A DNA stretch of 54,621 nucleotides, counting the filler, from Catajapyx aquilonaris (Eukaryota), in assembly GCA_000934665.2 (NCBI GenBank). It is 3 parts of 3 records of this genome, joined end to end, with 100 filler letters (N's around TTAATTAATTAA, not from the genome) between each part and the next. Parts side by side here need not be neighbours in the genome. Positions count along the whole stretch, not along the records: positions 1 to 18,126 come from JYFJ02006766.1; positions 18,227 to 36,403 come from KZ539588.1; 1 more part is not named here. One strand, 5' to 3'. Shown here one piece after another: positions 12,168 through 24,651 of the stretch (the stretch's first letter is position 1; every line of letters begins with the position of its first letter). A program made the position numbers and the translations under genes. Below the pieces are notes generated by a model. It was not told where the DNA came from, searched no databases, and saw only the letters and a program-made list of their open reading frames with translations.

Positions 12168-12377
12168 TATAGCACCCTGGTGGGCTTTGTCCGCGTGTTG
12201 ACTCATCCCCAACGTGCATGTAGTCCTACTTTCCTCCTGAGAGTGGCAGTAGTGTGCAGAGGGAGAGCCTATGCGCCAACTGGTATGGGCCTATAGCACT
12301 GCATCCAAGTGTGTGTGTGTGGGGGGGNGGGGGGGGCAAGCAGTATTACCAAAAGTTAGCAACGAGTCCGCCACTAG
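12168..12377 (+). mobile_element. Helitron-like 3' fragment, copy A
   Basis: Homologous to 18565-18741. Ends with an imperfect hairpin followed by CTAG|T. Confidence 0.5.
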
Positions 12378-14430
12378 TTAGTAATAATGGCTCCAATTTT
12401 GTTCGAATTGAGTTGTTAAGCGAAATATTAGTTGTGTGTAGGTCATTGTGGTCGGAACCCACAAAAGATGGCCTCACTAATTGGTAGATTCTAACGCCAA
12501 CGAACTAACAAGTACTTGGTCAACGACAGTCTGAGAATGCTCAACTTAATCTGGATGAAAATGATAAAGCTCACTTTAGTAAAATTCTCATTTTAAATAT
12601 TTTAGACGCAGTAACTTGGTAGTAATCGGAGTTAGAGCTCGAGATCGGTAAGCAAAATGACCTGAAACTTTCTTGGAGCATCTGGAGAGACCCACATGTG
12701 CATCTCCTTCCCAACGAGTTTACTCACTCTTTTCAATTTTATTGCACCGAGAGAAGCTTCCGACTGCAAATAGTATCATAAGCATTTAGTACTTGCAAGC
12801 CCCCTTCGTGTCAAATCCCACACCAATAGCAAGCCATAAAAAAAATTAACGACGCTAATAAATTGCAATAAAAAGCTAGCGGGTTTTGAAGCTTTACAAG
12901 AAGAGTTGCATTTAATATTTTTGTGCGTTTCCGCAGGTAAGCAGGCTTGGGAGATGAGCCATGATTGCCATTCTGAGAGCCACGTTAAGCCCGCAATAAA
13001 AGACCGTGCTCGTAAACATGGACCGTTCATCAGCAAGCACGTTTAAATACAGCGCCACCTGAGGTAGGAAGGTGCTTAATAACTAACGCTGGTAATCTCC
13101 TCGGTTGCTATCTCATGGCAGATTCCAAGTAGACGGTTTTGTCCTGGCTAGAGGAGTAGGGGAGGGAAATGTGGGGGGAAAAGAGGGTGTTATAGCACTG
13201 ATTAATGGCCCAGTCGGACACTGCGTTTCTCATTACGCATTTATCCCATAACAAATTCCTCTCCAGGGTCCTCACTGAGTGCAATTCTTAGATGTGAGAA
13301 ATTCAATCCTTTCCATGGTAGGGGATGAAAATAAATAGAAAGTCACGCATGTTCTGATGTCATGCACAGTGTGTCCAAAAAGTATCACAAAATGTATGTT
13401 CCATACGCAACTATTAGCATTATACATTATACAAAAAAAAATCAGGTCAAGTGCTATACGTATTCATCTGCATGCGTATAAATCTTCATGACATCAATTA
13501 TTGTCAAAAAAAATCATTTAAAGATTGGACGTGAATATATGCGTATGAAATGGGGAAGAAAGAACGAAAAAAAAAAATCTCGACTCTTAAGAATGGGCAC
13601 CGCTTATTAGACTAGGGTCAATGAATGCTAAAAATGTCAGCGCAGATTCAGCTCAAAATCCGCCATTCATATGCGTAGGATGGAAATGGTGACGTCAACA
13701 CCGATGTCACGTCCCGCTGTCTGCACCAGACGACCAATTTCAAATCGACGGGGGGAGGGTTAGTTATAAAATCTTTATAGCCTCCAGGGCGCAAGCTGCC
13801 ATTAGCACTCGGTGTGGTCTATTGTAAGACCCTGCAAAAAAAAAAAAAGAAGGGGGTAGGGCAGGGGAAAGGGAAAGGGGGAGGACAAAATATCCAATGC
13901 GAAAATCCTCTCCCAAAATTCTTGCCACAGCACAAAGGAAGATTGGAAAACGGACTAATGACAGAAACGGAATCAATAATGATATGTCTGTAAACAGGCT
14001 CCCTGACGAAGTAAACAAGCACGTCTGTAGCTGCCCAGATTAGAGGGGGTAAGACAGGGAGGGAAGGAGGGGGTTGCAAGGCTGCTACGTGACAGATGAG
14101 CCAGAGGAAAAACGAAGGACCGACGGAGTAATCGAGTCGGGTCTGACGGAGAGGAAAACAAAGATGTCTGTTAGGAGCTTGTTGAGAAGGCGATTACAAA
14201 TGGCGTGCGTGGGCCACCAGAGGTGCCACTATCGGATTAGCTTCGACGCCTGCCCTGTCAATTAGATTCGATTACTTTGTTATTAGCCTGGGTTCCTGGC
14301 ATTACTGTCAGTGAGCATCGAAATGTATGGCAGTATATAGGCCTTAGTGTCAACAGAGGGAATCTCCAGTTCTTATTTTTTTACAGAGGACCCCTGAATA
14401 AATTATGAATTTTTCACTTAAACCATCAGC

Positions 14431-14496
<66 letters not shown>
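14431..14496. repeat. (TAA)n microsatellite
   Basis: Direct reading. Confidence 0.95.
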
Positions 14497-14497
<1 letters not shown>

Positions 14498-14895
14498 GGG
14501 CATTACACCTAGAATATTCCCTAGGGGGTTTTTCCCTTCATCAGTAGCTATTGTGCTCTCTAATGTGCTTGTTTTACATATTTGACCGATCAGCCATGGA
14601 ATGAACAGGCCGACCTTATTCACAACAATGTATGTTTCATAACGAGTACCAGAGGTGTCAGCCTGTGTAACCGTGTGTGCGCCATTAAAATTTGAAATCA
14701 CGTGCAATTATCATTAGACAACGGCATTTATGTAAATAAAACGTGTATAATGCAAATCAAGTCAAATCTTATGCAAGAAAATGGCGTGTTGCAGCTGTCA
14801 TAAATGTCATCAAGCAAGAATTTGATTTTAAAGTGCACAAAATATCTGAAAATGATACTTGCCTGGTAATTATTATATTGAACCTTGCAAGGGGC

Positions 14896-14896
<1 letters not shown>

Positions 14897-14960
<64 letters not shown>
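14897..14960. repeat. (TTA)n microsatellite
   Basis: Direct reading. Confidence 0.95.
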
Positions 14961-16525
14961 GCAGTATTGGAATACTATAGGTTACTCGCTACACGAGGAC
15001 TGACTGTGAGTTATATAAGAACTGAACCCCCCTGAGCTACACCTGTCAAGATACAAGACAGATTCAACCAGATAGGCAACGAAATGTGATGCCCCTTGTG
15101 CCATTTCTCTGTGACCTGTTGTCTTCCAATTTCCTGTTTAGAACTGTAGCTAAGAAAGCAATTTAACCTTATCTAACAAGAAACAACCGCCTCGTTTTTT
15201 TATATTGTATATAGGCTACAATTCTATAAGCCACACACCCCTCTAAAACCTCGCATAATCACATATCAATAAACACATCCGTCACACGAATTTCATCAAC
15301 GAACTCTAGCAAACCATCATGTTCACCCAACTTCCCATTCCATGCATGCAAAATTGCCAGCAAAAAAAAATCCGACCACGTAATTTTAAAAACCTGTACC
15401 ATTTTCTAACATACCACGTACGAGTGTAATTTTTGTCGTTTCCTGCAGAAAGCTAAAGCTATAGTGAATACGAGAGCAGCTTCTGTCCGCAAGCTATCGA
15501 GCAAGCACTGCTTGCTATAGTTCCTACCCCCCATTCGACTCTCCCCCCCTTTCCCTCCCCTTTTCCCTCTCCCCCCCACCCTTGCCTAGCCCTCCCCCAC
15601 CCCAATCCAGCATCCCTGCCTAGTTCATCTCCAAAAGATCAATACACCTCATCATCAGCAGCAGTAGCGTCGGCAGCGTCCATTCCGGACTTAACTCTCC
15701 CAGAACCGGTTCAACAATGTTACACATTTTTACAATATTCTTATTTTTATAAGAACTATAACCATTCAAATAATGAAGGTTATATTAAATTATTTTTAAA
15801 ATAAACCTAGAGATGAGGGTATGGTATATTTTTTTTAATTATTTGGCTTGGGTGCACTTGGCGTTATGAGGGAATAGTTCGGAAATGTTTTCACATTGTT
15901 CTGACAAAGGGCCACATTGCTGAGTGAGAGGTTGGATTTTTGTAAAACATAATTTTGTAAAAGCATATTTGGCACTCGACTGGTCCATATTCTTGCAAAT
16001 TTTGTCAACACTTTAGATGCGAAATATGTGGAGAGAACCGACCTTTTCGAGAGTATGGACTGAATTATTAGTATGATTATAGCCGGAATCTACTCCAACT
16101 TCGAACCTCTCGAATCCTCGATTGTACAAAACATAATCAAGTACCTGAAATATGTTGGAATTTGTGCACTGCCTGCTCTTGTAGTGATTTAAAAAATGTC
16201 CAACTATTTTAACCACAGTACACCACCATTAAGCTGACAAGGGAACTGTAAGTGTTGTAAATGGAGTTCTCAATGAAACTTGGCACAATAATATAGGCAA
16301 GTAAGTTATTAAAGAAAATGCAAACAAATTATGCAGAACCATACAAGGTCAAAAGTTATGACCTCTCGAACTCACAAGGGACACTTTCCAAGGTCTCACC
16401 AATTTTCTTGAAATTCGGTACATTGGTAGCCCACACCAAGGGATGAAAAACGCACCTAAAGTGATCTCCTCAAAATGACCCGGTGACCTCTTTTTGGGGG
16501 CTACCAATGCACCGAATTGCAGTGC

Positions 16526-16906
16526 TGCATACGAACAGTCCAGGATAATCTTGCTTCAAGTGGGCGCAAAAATGTGTCATACACGATACCACATGACAAA
16601 GAATCTCAAGATATTTTAATTATTGAATCATAAATCATAAATAATAATTAAAATGATTATTTATTGACATTATTATTTCAAATTAATAAATATCATCTGT
16701 TATTATTTATAGATATTATTATTATTTCAAAATAATAAATATCATGTGTTATTATTTATTGATATTATTATTATTTCAAAATAATAAATATCATTTGTTA
16801 TTATTTATTATTTATGATTAATAATTAAAATATCTTGACAATTTGCTGTTGCGTTGAATGACACCCACTGGAAATAAGATTCTGATGGACTGTCTGTTCG
16901 TATGTA
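16526..16906. mobile_element. AT-rich foldback/MITE with an internal ~49-bp tandem repeat
   Basis: catacgaacagtcc..aatcttgcttcaagtggg..tcaagatattttaattatt mirrored at 16820-16905. The centre holds about 3 copies of a unit beginning taataaatatcat.tgttattatttat. Confidence 0.65.
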
Positions 16907-17076
16907 GAAATTCTCGCAAATTGCAATTTCTTTCTAATGCGACATCGCATTATACAGTATATTACTGCACTGTAACTCTTACTAGCGATATCGAAAATAG
17001 GGTGAAAATAGGGTGAATAAAATTAATACCCAGGAATGAAACTTAAGGTATCTTCATGGCCTCCTGATTTCTAAAG

Positions 17077-17580
17077 TTTTTAGACTTTTTCTCATCGGGG
17101 AAAAAAGTCTTATAGAACGGCTTTGTCCGTCTGTCTGTCTGTCCGTCTGTGGACAGGTATCAGGGTCAAAACCGCAAGAGATAGCGACAAACGGTTTTCA
17201 TATTCGGATTAAGCGTGATCAATAGATTTCATGTTCACCTTCCGGTGACCTGCCACTTACGGTTTTCCGGGTTCACTCCGGTTCACTATATCCGCACAAG
17301 TCTACTTTACGGGCGGATTATCGTTGGATTTCGAAATTAGTTTCCCTGGATTTACCCCGGGTTTTACCTGGCGCTCTGGCGCAGGGGGCTGTGGAATTAA
17401 TATTCCTGACGTTGGACATTTGCCATGCACATCCTGGGCCGCCATGATGTTATAGCCCAGGCCGATACTGGAATCGATACGTTACCTAGGTTACGATATC
17501 TCGGTATCTATATATCGATTCACATGATAATACTTTAAAGTATGAGAAAAAGTCTCACCAAATCACGCTCCCTTAATTTT
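17077..17580 (+). mobile_element. DINE-1/HINE-like (Helentron-associated) element
   Basis: Poly-T start; 14-bp subterminal IR agactttttctcat (17082) / atgagaaaaagtct (17542); short 5' inverted copy gaaaaaagtct; (GTCY)n microsatellite at 17128-17150. Confidence 0.7.
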
Positions 17581-18564
17581 CCCATCTTATTTAAAACTAA
17601 AAAGTGTATATTTAGTGAGAATCCCACGCATCCAGTAGATGGAGTTAGTTGTGTGAGTTGGCAGTTTTGTCCAGAGATGGCGTGGATGCGGGAAGGATGT
17701 CGTGTGGCGGACCTGGGTGGAGTCTTGTAGTTATAATCAGTCGTGAGACAGCCTCGAGCGAGGCTAGTCTAATAGGTTGTTGGCAACGATGTGTATTATT
17801 GGACCACGTGGACTGGAGAGATGACCTAGGGAGATCAGACCTTACAATTTGAATATGCTCCAAAAACAATATGTTTTTCACCTCATAATTTAAGACAAAG
17901 CAACAAGAAAAATATTATTGAAATTTTTATGATATGTAATTAAAAATTTCATTAATATAGTTACTATAAGGTAGTAACTTGTTTTGATAAAGATCGTCCC
18001 TAATTCTTTCAGAGATTTTAGTCCACCTGACACCGTCAAATTTTTGTCGACGTTACTGATTGTAATATAAGGCCCCAAACTACTGCCCCTCCCTTCCACC
18101 CTCCAAAGACGAAGGAACCTCCCCCCNNNNNNNNNNNNNNNNNNNNNNNNNNNNNNNNNNNNNNNNNNNNTTAATTAATTAANNNNNNNNNNNNNNNNNN
18201 NNNNNNNNNNNNNNNNNNNNNNNNNNTATCCAGACTTTGTTTTTGTTGTTTTTGAAAAGAAAAAACATGTTGTAGTACAGAGCCGCCTGGCGGGAAAGAT
18301 TGTGCATCACCAGGGAGAAACCAGTCCAGATCAGACAATAGACCTCCTCCTGATCAGACACACTCACCCTCACATCCCTCCGCCAATATCCAAGTGTATC
18401 AAGTAGTGATTAATACATCTCAGTGATTATTACATCTCAAGTGCTTGTTACTTACCACACTACAACAGACTCCACCCCGTAAAGAAGTTGACTCATAGTA
18501 TTAGTTGCCATAGCTTTCAGTTCTGTCCTCTGCTAAGTTATTGCTTGTTGAACGGGGAAAGTAG

Positions 18565-18741
18565 TATAGCGCCCTGGTGGACTTCGTCTGCGAAGTGACT
18601 CATCACCAACGTGCTGTAACACTACTTTCGCCCAGAGGGAGAGCCTATGCGTCAACTGGTAGTGGCTAATCGTACTTCGTCCTAGTTGGAGAGTGGGCCA
18701 AGCATGTTGCCAAAATTTGGCAATGGATCCTCGTCTACTAG
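18565..18741 (+). mobile_element. Helitron-like 3' fragment, copy B
   Basis: Hairpin ttgccaaaatttggcaa (18707-18723), 14 nt, then CTAG|T. Homologous to 12168-12377. Confidence 0.55.
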
Positions 18742-19009
18742 TAAATATTAATAAATAAAGGTGACCATCACAAAAATGGACACGCGAGTTTTTAAAAACT
18801 TATGGCAGGAAATAAACGCCGAACATTGAAAGGAATCAGCAAAATTATTTACAAATCTGTAACGGAATGAACCAATGATCAATTTTCGGAAATTTTCCTC
18901 TTATATTCACCCAGCAATATTGACGTACTGTGACCGTAGCAGGTTCACGTAAATGATAGTGGGTGCTCCGGTTCAGTACAGTTTATTGCGCCAAACAGGT
19001 GAGGGTTAA

Positions 19010-20025
19010 GGGCCGGTTACACGAACCGTTCCTAGGATGTGGGGGCGCTCCTAGGAAGGGATTTCATTGCACCAACCCCTCCTAGGTGGTGGGAGCGCTC
19101 CTAGCTGCTAGGAAGGCCCGGACCCACTCTGGGAGCGCTCCCAGCAGTCCAAGGTCTTTTCTCCCTAATCCGTTGAGTCTTGTGTTTGATTCGAAACAAC
19201 TCCTAGGCAGATGATCCAACAAAATCATGTTATATATCATTAGAAAGCTTGTTTAAATCCTCGTAGGATATGTGCAAGTTGTTTTCCTATGTTCTTTGTG
19301 TAATATTTTATCCCAAAAAGAAGGTGGAAAGGTGTCATGTTTTGATACGTTGCCGGGCGTTACGCCAAAAAAGTCTTTTTATTCAACACTTACCGGAGGC
19401 CACAAAAGTTTTCCTGTGAACCCTGGATAGTGCAAATCTTTGTGTATCTAACCATATATTTAAAATTTAGAAATTACCATTTGGGCAATCATAATTAAGT
19501 ATATTGCACGCCTCTGCTATCTCGGCCGTTTTTCATCCGAATTACTTCGCGAATGTTTCGATGGCAAGACAGAAATCTGGGTGATAAAATTAAACAGCGC
19601 TACCAAAAATTAAATTTTTCTCAGCCTCACTAAAATTTGCTGCATCTTTTGCCTTGTTCGGGCTCCTTGTCTTGGCCCGCCTTGGCCCAAACCCTGCCTG
19701 CCTTGATTGCGTCATGCACGACCACGTGCATCGATAAATAAGCTAATTTATGTTTTTAAGCGTATAAAACATATTCTCCAGCTGTGTAATATTATTTTAA
19801 TGCATGTAAGAACAGTTATTTTATTAATAAATAACCTGTTCATGAAGACCGGTGTTGAAGCCCGGCGCGACTGCCCGATAACAAGGGAAGGAAGGCCCGT
19901 ACGTAGGATGTGGTAGGATGCCTCCTAGTTTGGGTTGGTGCAACCCTCGGCCACCTAGGAGCGCTCTTACCCGTAGGGAGCCCCTACGTAGGAGCGCTCC
20001 TAGGAGCGGTTCGTGCAACCGGCCC
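19010..20025. mobile_element. Non-autonomous PIF/Harbinger-like element
   Basis: TIR gggccggttacacgaaccgttcctagga / tcctaggagcggttcgtgcaaccggccc, multiple subterminal (c)taggagcgctcc motifs, TAA on the left flank. Confidence 0.8.
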
Positions 20026-20099
20026 GCCCGCTCCACATTGGCTGAGTTTCTCCTATGGGGATTTTTCCGTACGAGAAACTCAGCCAGTGTGGAGCGGGC
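20026..20099. mobile_element. 74-bp hairpin mini-MITE (Harbinger-like ends)
   Basis: gcccgctccacattggctgagtttctc ... gagaaactcagccagtgtggagcgggc|tta. Confidence 0.7.
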
Positions 20100-20282
20100 T
20101 TAGGAAAAAATGGATGGGAAAGGGGGATGGCCAGTGGCCAGCCAGGTTGGCGGCTGGACAGAAAGGCCCCGAACAAACAGAGAAATCCCTATTTATAGGG
20201 GGTACAAACGAAATGCCTGATGGGAAATAGACGTGACGTATAACATGTCGCAATGCAAGCAGGAAGTTACAACAGGCTAGTA

Positions 20283-20808
20283 TAGATAGGTCGTTAAACG
20301 AGCGCAAACCCCGCGCAGATCACGTGCCGCAGTGGATGCAATCCTGGAATGAAGCGGGATATTGTGCATAGCATATAGGCATGACATGAGCTGAAAACAC
20401 GTGACCCTTATTTCTAACACTGGCAAGATTCAGGAAGTATGGCCGCCTCCAAGCAGAGCTTGCGGATGATTTCGAGGCAGATATCTGCACTTTACCATGG
20501 CGGCGTGTCGCAAATTTGGCTTGGACCCTCCTGAGGAAGTAGGCGATGATGACCCTCGGAAGAGGAGGACGTTGAGAAGCCAAACACGAGAAGTCGTCCA
20601 TCGGGTGTACACTTACTTCAAGAGAGAAAAAGAGGCTGGTGGGCCCCTCTGCGACGTTGCCAGAGCTACCGAAAGAACAGCTGAGGCCACGGGTGTAAAT
20701 GGACGCGATTGCATTTCCAGCCGGAAACTTGGCAACGTTGTGGGAAGGGGGCGTGTCCTGCGCGAATTGATGTCCAAACGCGGTTGCGCTCGTTTATCGA
20801 CCTATCTA
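20283..20808 (+). mobile_element. Internally deleted IS630/Tc1-mariner-type transposon retaining a transposase N-terminus
   Basis: TA|TAGATAGGTCGTTAAACGAGCGCAA ... TTGCGCTCGTTTATCGACCTATCTA|TA. ORF 20497-20811 LRSQTREVVHRVYTYFKREKEAGGPL..VARATERTAEATGV resembles the helical N-terminus of insect DDE_3-type transposases (from memory, not a search). Confidence 0.75.
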
Positions 20809-21250
20809 TAGCACCTTGCGTTAATCAAATACAAACATGGGAGGCAGAAGATGAGGTGGAGGTACAAAATAAAATGGGGTAGTTGCAGTACATAGGAATG
20901 CATGGATAAACGTTAGTCAAATCTGTCACAGTATCGTCAACAGCGCATAGCTTGAGAACCGAGGCTCCTACAAAGATGCTGTTCGGACCGGCCGCTTTAC
21001 AAAGTTTGCTTTCCAAAAATAATGTGATATAATTATTATTACGGGCGCCAAACTTTTGTTCAAGTTATATAACACAAAACAGTGTGGCTAACTTGTAAGT
21101 ATGTTTCTAATAATAAAGAAAGAGGCCTAAAGACACGCCTTTAATCAGTAGCTCTTTGCTAATGACACATCATATAGCTTATGCAGGGTAGTCGGAGCTG
21201 TAGGGCATCCAGCTGCTGCCAGTGATTATAGATTGGTATAAAGCAAATCT

Positions 21251-21500
21251 ACAGGGTGGGGGTGAGAAATGTCGAAACGCCAACTAGTAACGGCGTAAAC
21301 GACGATTACCATAGCCCTAGTAAAACATAGCTATGGTCATCGTCGTTTACGCCATTACTAGTTGGCGGATTTATCTGTATATATGCGCCAGGATAAGTGG
21401 CAATGCGGATGGTCGCATGTGTGTAAGGGGCACCCAAACTTTCATCGTCGTCTACGTCGTTACTCGATGATGGTGTTTCGGAATTATTTCTCACTGTCAC
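21251..21500. mobile_element. Degenerate MITE with internal hairpin
   Basis: cgccaactagtaacggcgtaaacgacgat / atcgtcgtttacgccattactagttggcg; outer gtgagaaatgtcgaaac / gtttcgg..atttctcac. Confidence 0.55.
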
Positions 21501-24240
21501 ATATTATACGGCAGTATAATATTGTGCTTTGGCCTAACCTAGCCATGGGAGGCTGGACATGACATGCAGTTCTGACTCATCCTGCATCCTGTAATTCAGA
21601 GAGATTGCCTATGTTCACAGGGAATATTATGTAAACTGGGTGATATCAATTAAGCCATACAAAGATAATTATGAGCTTCGCTCTTGTCACCCAGTTCAAA
21701 ATTATGGCGTATAGTACGAGTATACTGTACATCAAGTTAGGCAACTTCTTTGAATTCCGTTCAGTCATTCTCTGCACTATACTTTGTAGTAATGATAAAC
21801 CGCCTTATAACGACTTTCACGAGAAGACAGTAAATCTATGATAAAATGACTTTCTACAAACTCTACTTTTTGCTTGTAAAAATACCACGGTGACTTAATG
21901 GTAACGATGTGAAAGAGCCTCGTCTAGTGGCAGCTGTTCCTTTTGCATGATGTAGACAAATTACGGGCCATGATAGGGCCAGAGAATATAATCATACCCT
22001 AGTCCTGCTTTCTTTGCAGGCTTTGGATAATATTGCCGCCATGTGTAGACACACACAGCCAGAAAGAGGGACATATCCTGTAGGTTATACAGTAATAAGG
22101 TACTAAGTCAAGATATCAAATAGGAATCTTACACCTCCTGTTTAGAGAACCGGCTTCATTTAAACATTCATTGTTGGCATGGACCTTTGGGGCTCATGTA
22201 GAGTGTGAAGAATCAGTACCTTTTATTTAGTTCGACTAGGGTTGTAAAATAGAACCGGTAAATTTTGATTGCTGGAAAAAACCGGGGGTTTCCAGAAAAA
22301 ACCCACATTTTAGTGGAAAATTGATTTATCATGCAAATTGTTTGGCTTTTCTGTCCACTATCAACAAAATGCAAAGTTTGGGTCTTTGTCCCTTAGCACC
22401 TGGACTCTCTTAACTAACTCATTCCAAAACCCCCCAACAGACTGGCAACCGGGGAAACACACAACAGCCCGGTTGCCAGGCCGCTACATAATAATAATTA
22501 TTATCCAAATGGTGCAGTTAACCTCTCCAACTTGGATAAGAGTTGCTGCTTTGTCTTAAACCCTAAAATTTCCCTCGCAAGCCTAAATAATTTTCTTAAA
22601 AATTCACTTTATGTCAGATGGTAAACAACTTCAGATATAGCCCATCATACTTCCACCATATTAACTTCTACACGAAGTCGTAACTTGATACTGTGTCTAT
22701 ACGATAATTATGTGCCCTATAGAAGTTCTCAAGTAGGATACAGTATTAGTAAAAACATCCACGTGTACTATATAGATAGGAGTCAGATCTTACCCCAATG
22801 GACTTTTTTGTGGAGATACAAGACGGTATAGTGAAAAGATTCGCCATCTCCAGCACCTATGGGAAAAGATTTCAACGGTAACGCCAGACATGCTGGAGAG
22901 GGTTAGGCAAACACCGATTACCGTATTTATTTAATTTCGAGCGACAAATGGAGCTCATATCGAAACAAACTATGGTAGGACCAAAACTTTAGACATCTCG
23001 TAACATTTCACAACTTAAATCATTAAGATATGTTTACAAGTTTTCGAGTTATAGGGTTTTTAAATCGGGACATTATTTTTCGATGACCCTGTATTGTTAT
23101 ATTGTCGGTATCAGAATTGAAGTCGCATCCGTATAGGCCTACTGTACATCTGTAACATACAGTATACCGGTACGTACTGTCACTTTCTGTTAAGGCTTCT
23201 TTCAACTTTTCACTTGCGAATAACGCTTCTCAATCTATTCCCAATATCTGAACTTTTCTGGGCTTTGTCAACTTGAGCTCGTCATTTTTTGCGTAAGAAA
23301 CTTGAGAGGCTCAAGTATCGGCAACACTTTGCGAAACTTTTTGCAGTTTCCTTCGGGGACTAACCAGAATCTGAGAAATTTTCTCGAGAAGGCCACCTGG
23401 TGCTAAACTGAGTAAAGATACTCTTTGTACGTTATTAGAAGGCGGGGAATAATCGTGTTCAGGAACCAAACCATGTTGAATGTGATCTGATTGTGAGGAC
23501 ATGTAGCAGATGTCAAGAAAAGTTTCTGACAGCAAGGTTATCTTGGGGTATACCGTAGCCTACAACCCTCAGTAGGCCTACTGGAGGAGGGTGCTTGAAG
23601 GCTACGAAAACACACCCACACATTCAGAGTGCTAATGGTGTATAGCACAAGGATTGATTTGACGTAGGCACGTAGCCTAAAGTGAAGTACAGTTCACTAG
23701 AGACTCGATACTTGACTGCATTCCACAAGAGTCAAAAATAGACCTCTCGTATAATTTTCCTCTCCACCCTTTCGGGCTAGTACAATGCAAATTAACCATT
23801 TTATATACCTGCTAAGAGGATTACCATAAATTCCCCAGCTAGTCAGGTATGAGAGGAATAGGGCAGTGCGGAGGGTGAAGTGTTGTAGGTGGATGGGGGG
23901 GGGGGGGGCAGANNNNNNNNNNNNNNNNNNNNNNNNNNNNNNNNNNNNNNNNNNNNNNNNNNNNNNNNNNNNNNNNNNNNNNNNNNNNNNNNNNNNNNNN
24001 NNNNNNNNNNNNNNNNNNNNNNNNCTGGCGCACCCGCGGGGGGGTTACGGGTTACCCCCCCCCCCCCCCAAACAAAAAAACGAGAGTGATCGAAAACCCG
24101 TTACTGTTGGAAACACTACAGAATTGTTTATAAACTTGCAACGACAAAACTACAGCCACCTAAGCAGAACTCCTGTCAAGTGCTACTGTATTATGTCTTA
24201 CAGAAAGCTTTCATGCTATTCCTTCTGTTATGTATATTGT

Positions 24241-24567
24241 CCGGGACAGGGGAAGCGGAGTGGTGCAGCGGTAACGTATGCGCCCACGGATGTTAAGGTC
24301 CCTGGTTCGATCCCAACCCGGGGACACCCCCTTCATCTCGTGCAGAGTTCAGGGTCACCTCTGGCTTCGTCTCGGGTGGTATTTCCACAGACTAAACCAC
24401 CCGGGGGAGTTCACTAAAAATGGCCACAGCGTCAGATGCACTGCATCTTGCACATCCCCTCCTGTCATCTTGCCCGTGGGCCCGGGCGCTTCGTTCGAGG
24501 CTCCAAATGTACGAATTGAAAATAAAGGTCCGTGCAAAACACCTTCTGGGTGAGCACTACCCCCCCA

Positions 24568-24646
<79 letters not shown>
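24241..24646 (+). mobile_element. tRNA-derived SINE with (TTA)n tail, copy 1
   Basis: A box gtggtgcagcggtaa, B box ggttcgatccc, long TTA tail, TSD tatattgt. Homologous to 38761-39117. Confidence 0.85.

Positions 24647-24651
<5 letters not shown>

Noticed and set aside
14426..15003. Poly-Ile, poly-Leu and poly-Tyr ORFs (also 24420-24662, 47281-47580)
   Set aside because: Translations of (TAA/TTA)n microsatellites.
18127..18226. TTAATTAATTAA motif inside an N run (also 36404-36503)
   Set aside because: An identical 12-mer centred in a 100-nt gap twice, with stops in all frames: an assembly spacer, not biology.
23180..23540. Minus-strand coding-like relic (SPRRKLQKVSQSVADT...)
   Set aside because: May be a decayed transposase, but I see no diagnostic motif. 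A translated search would be needed.
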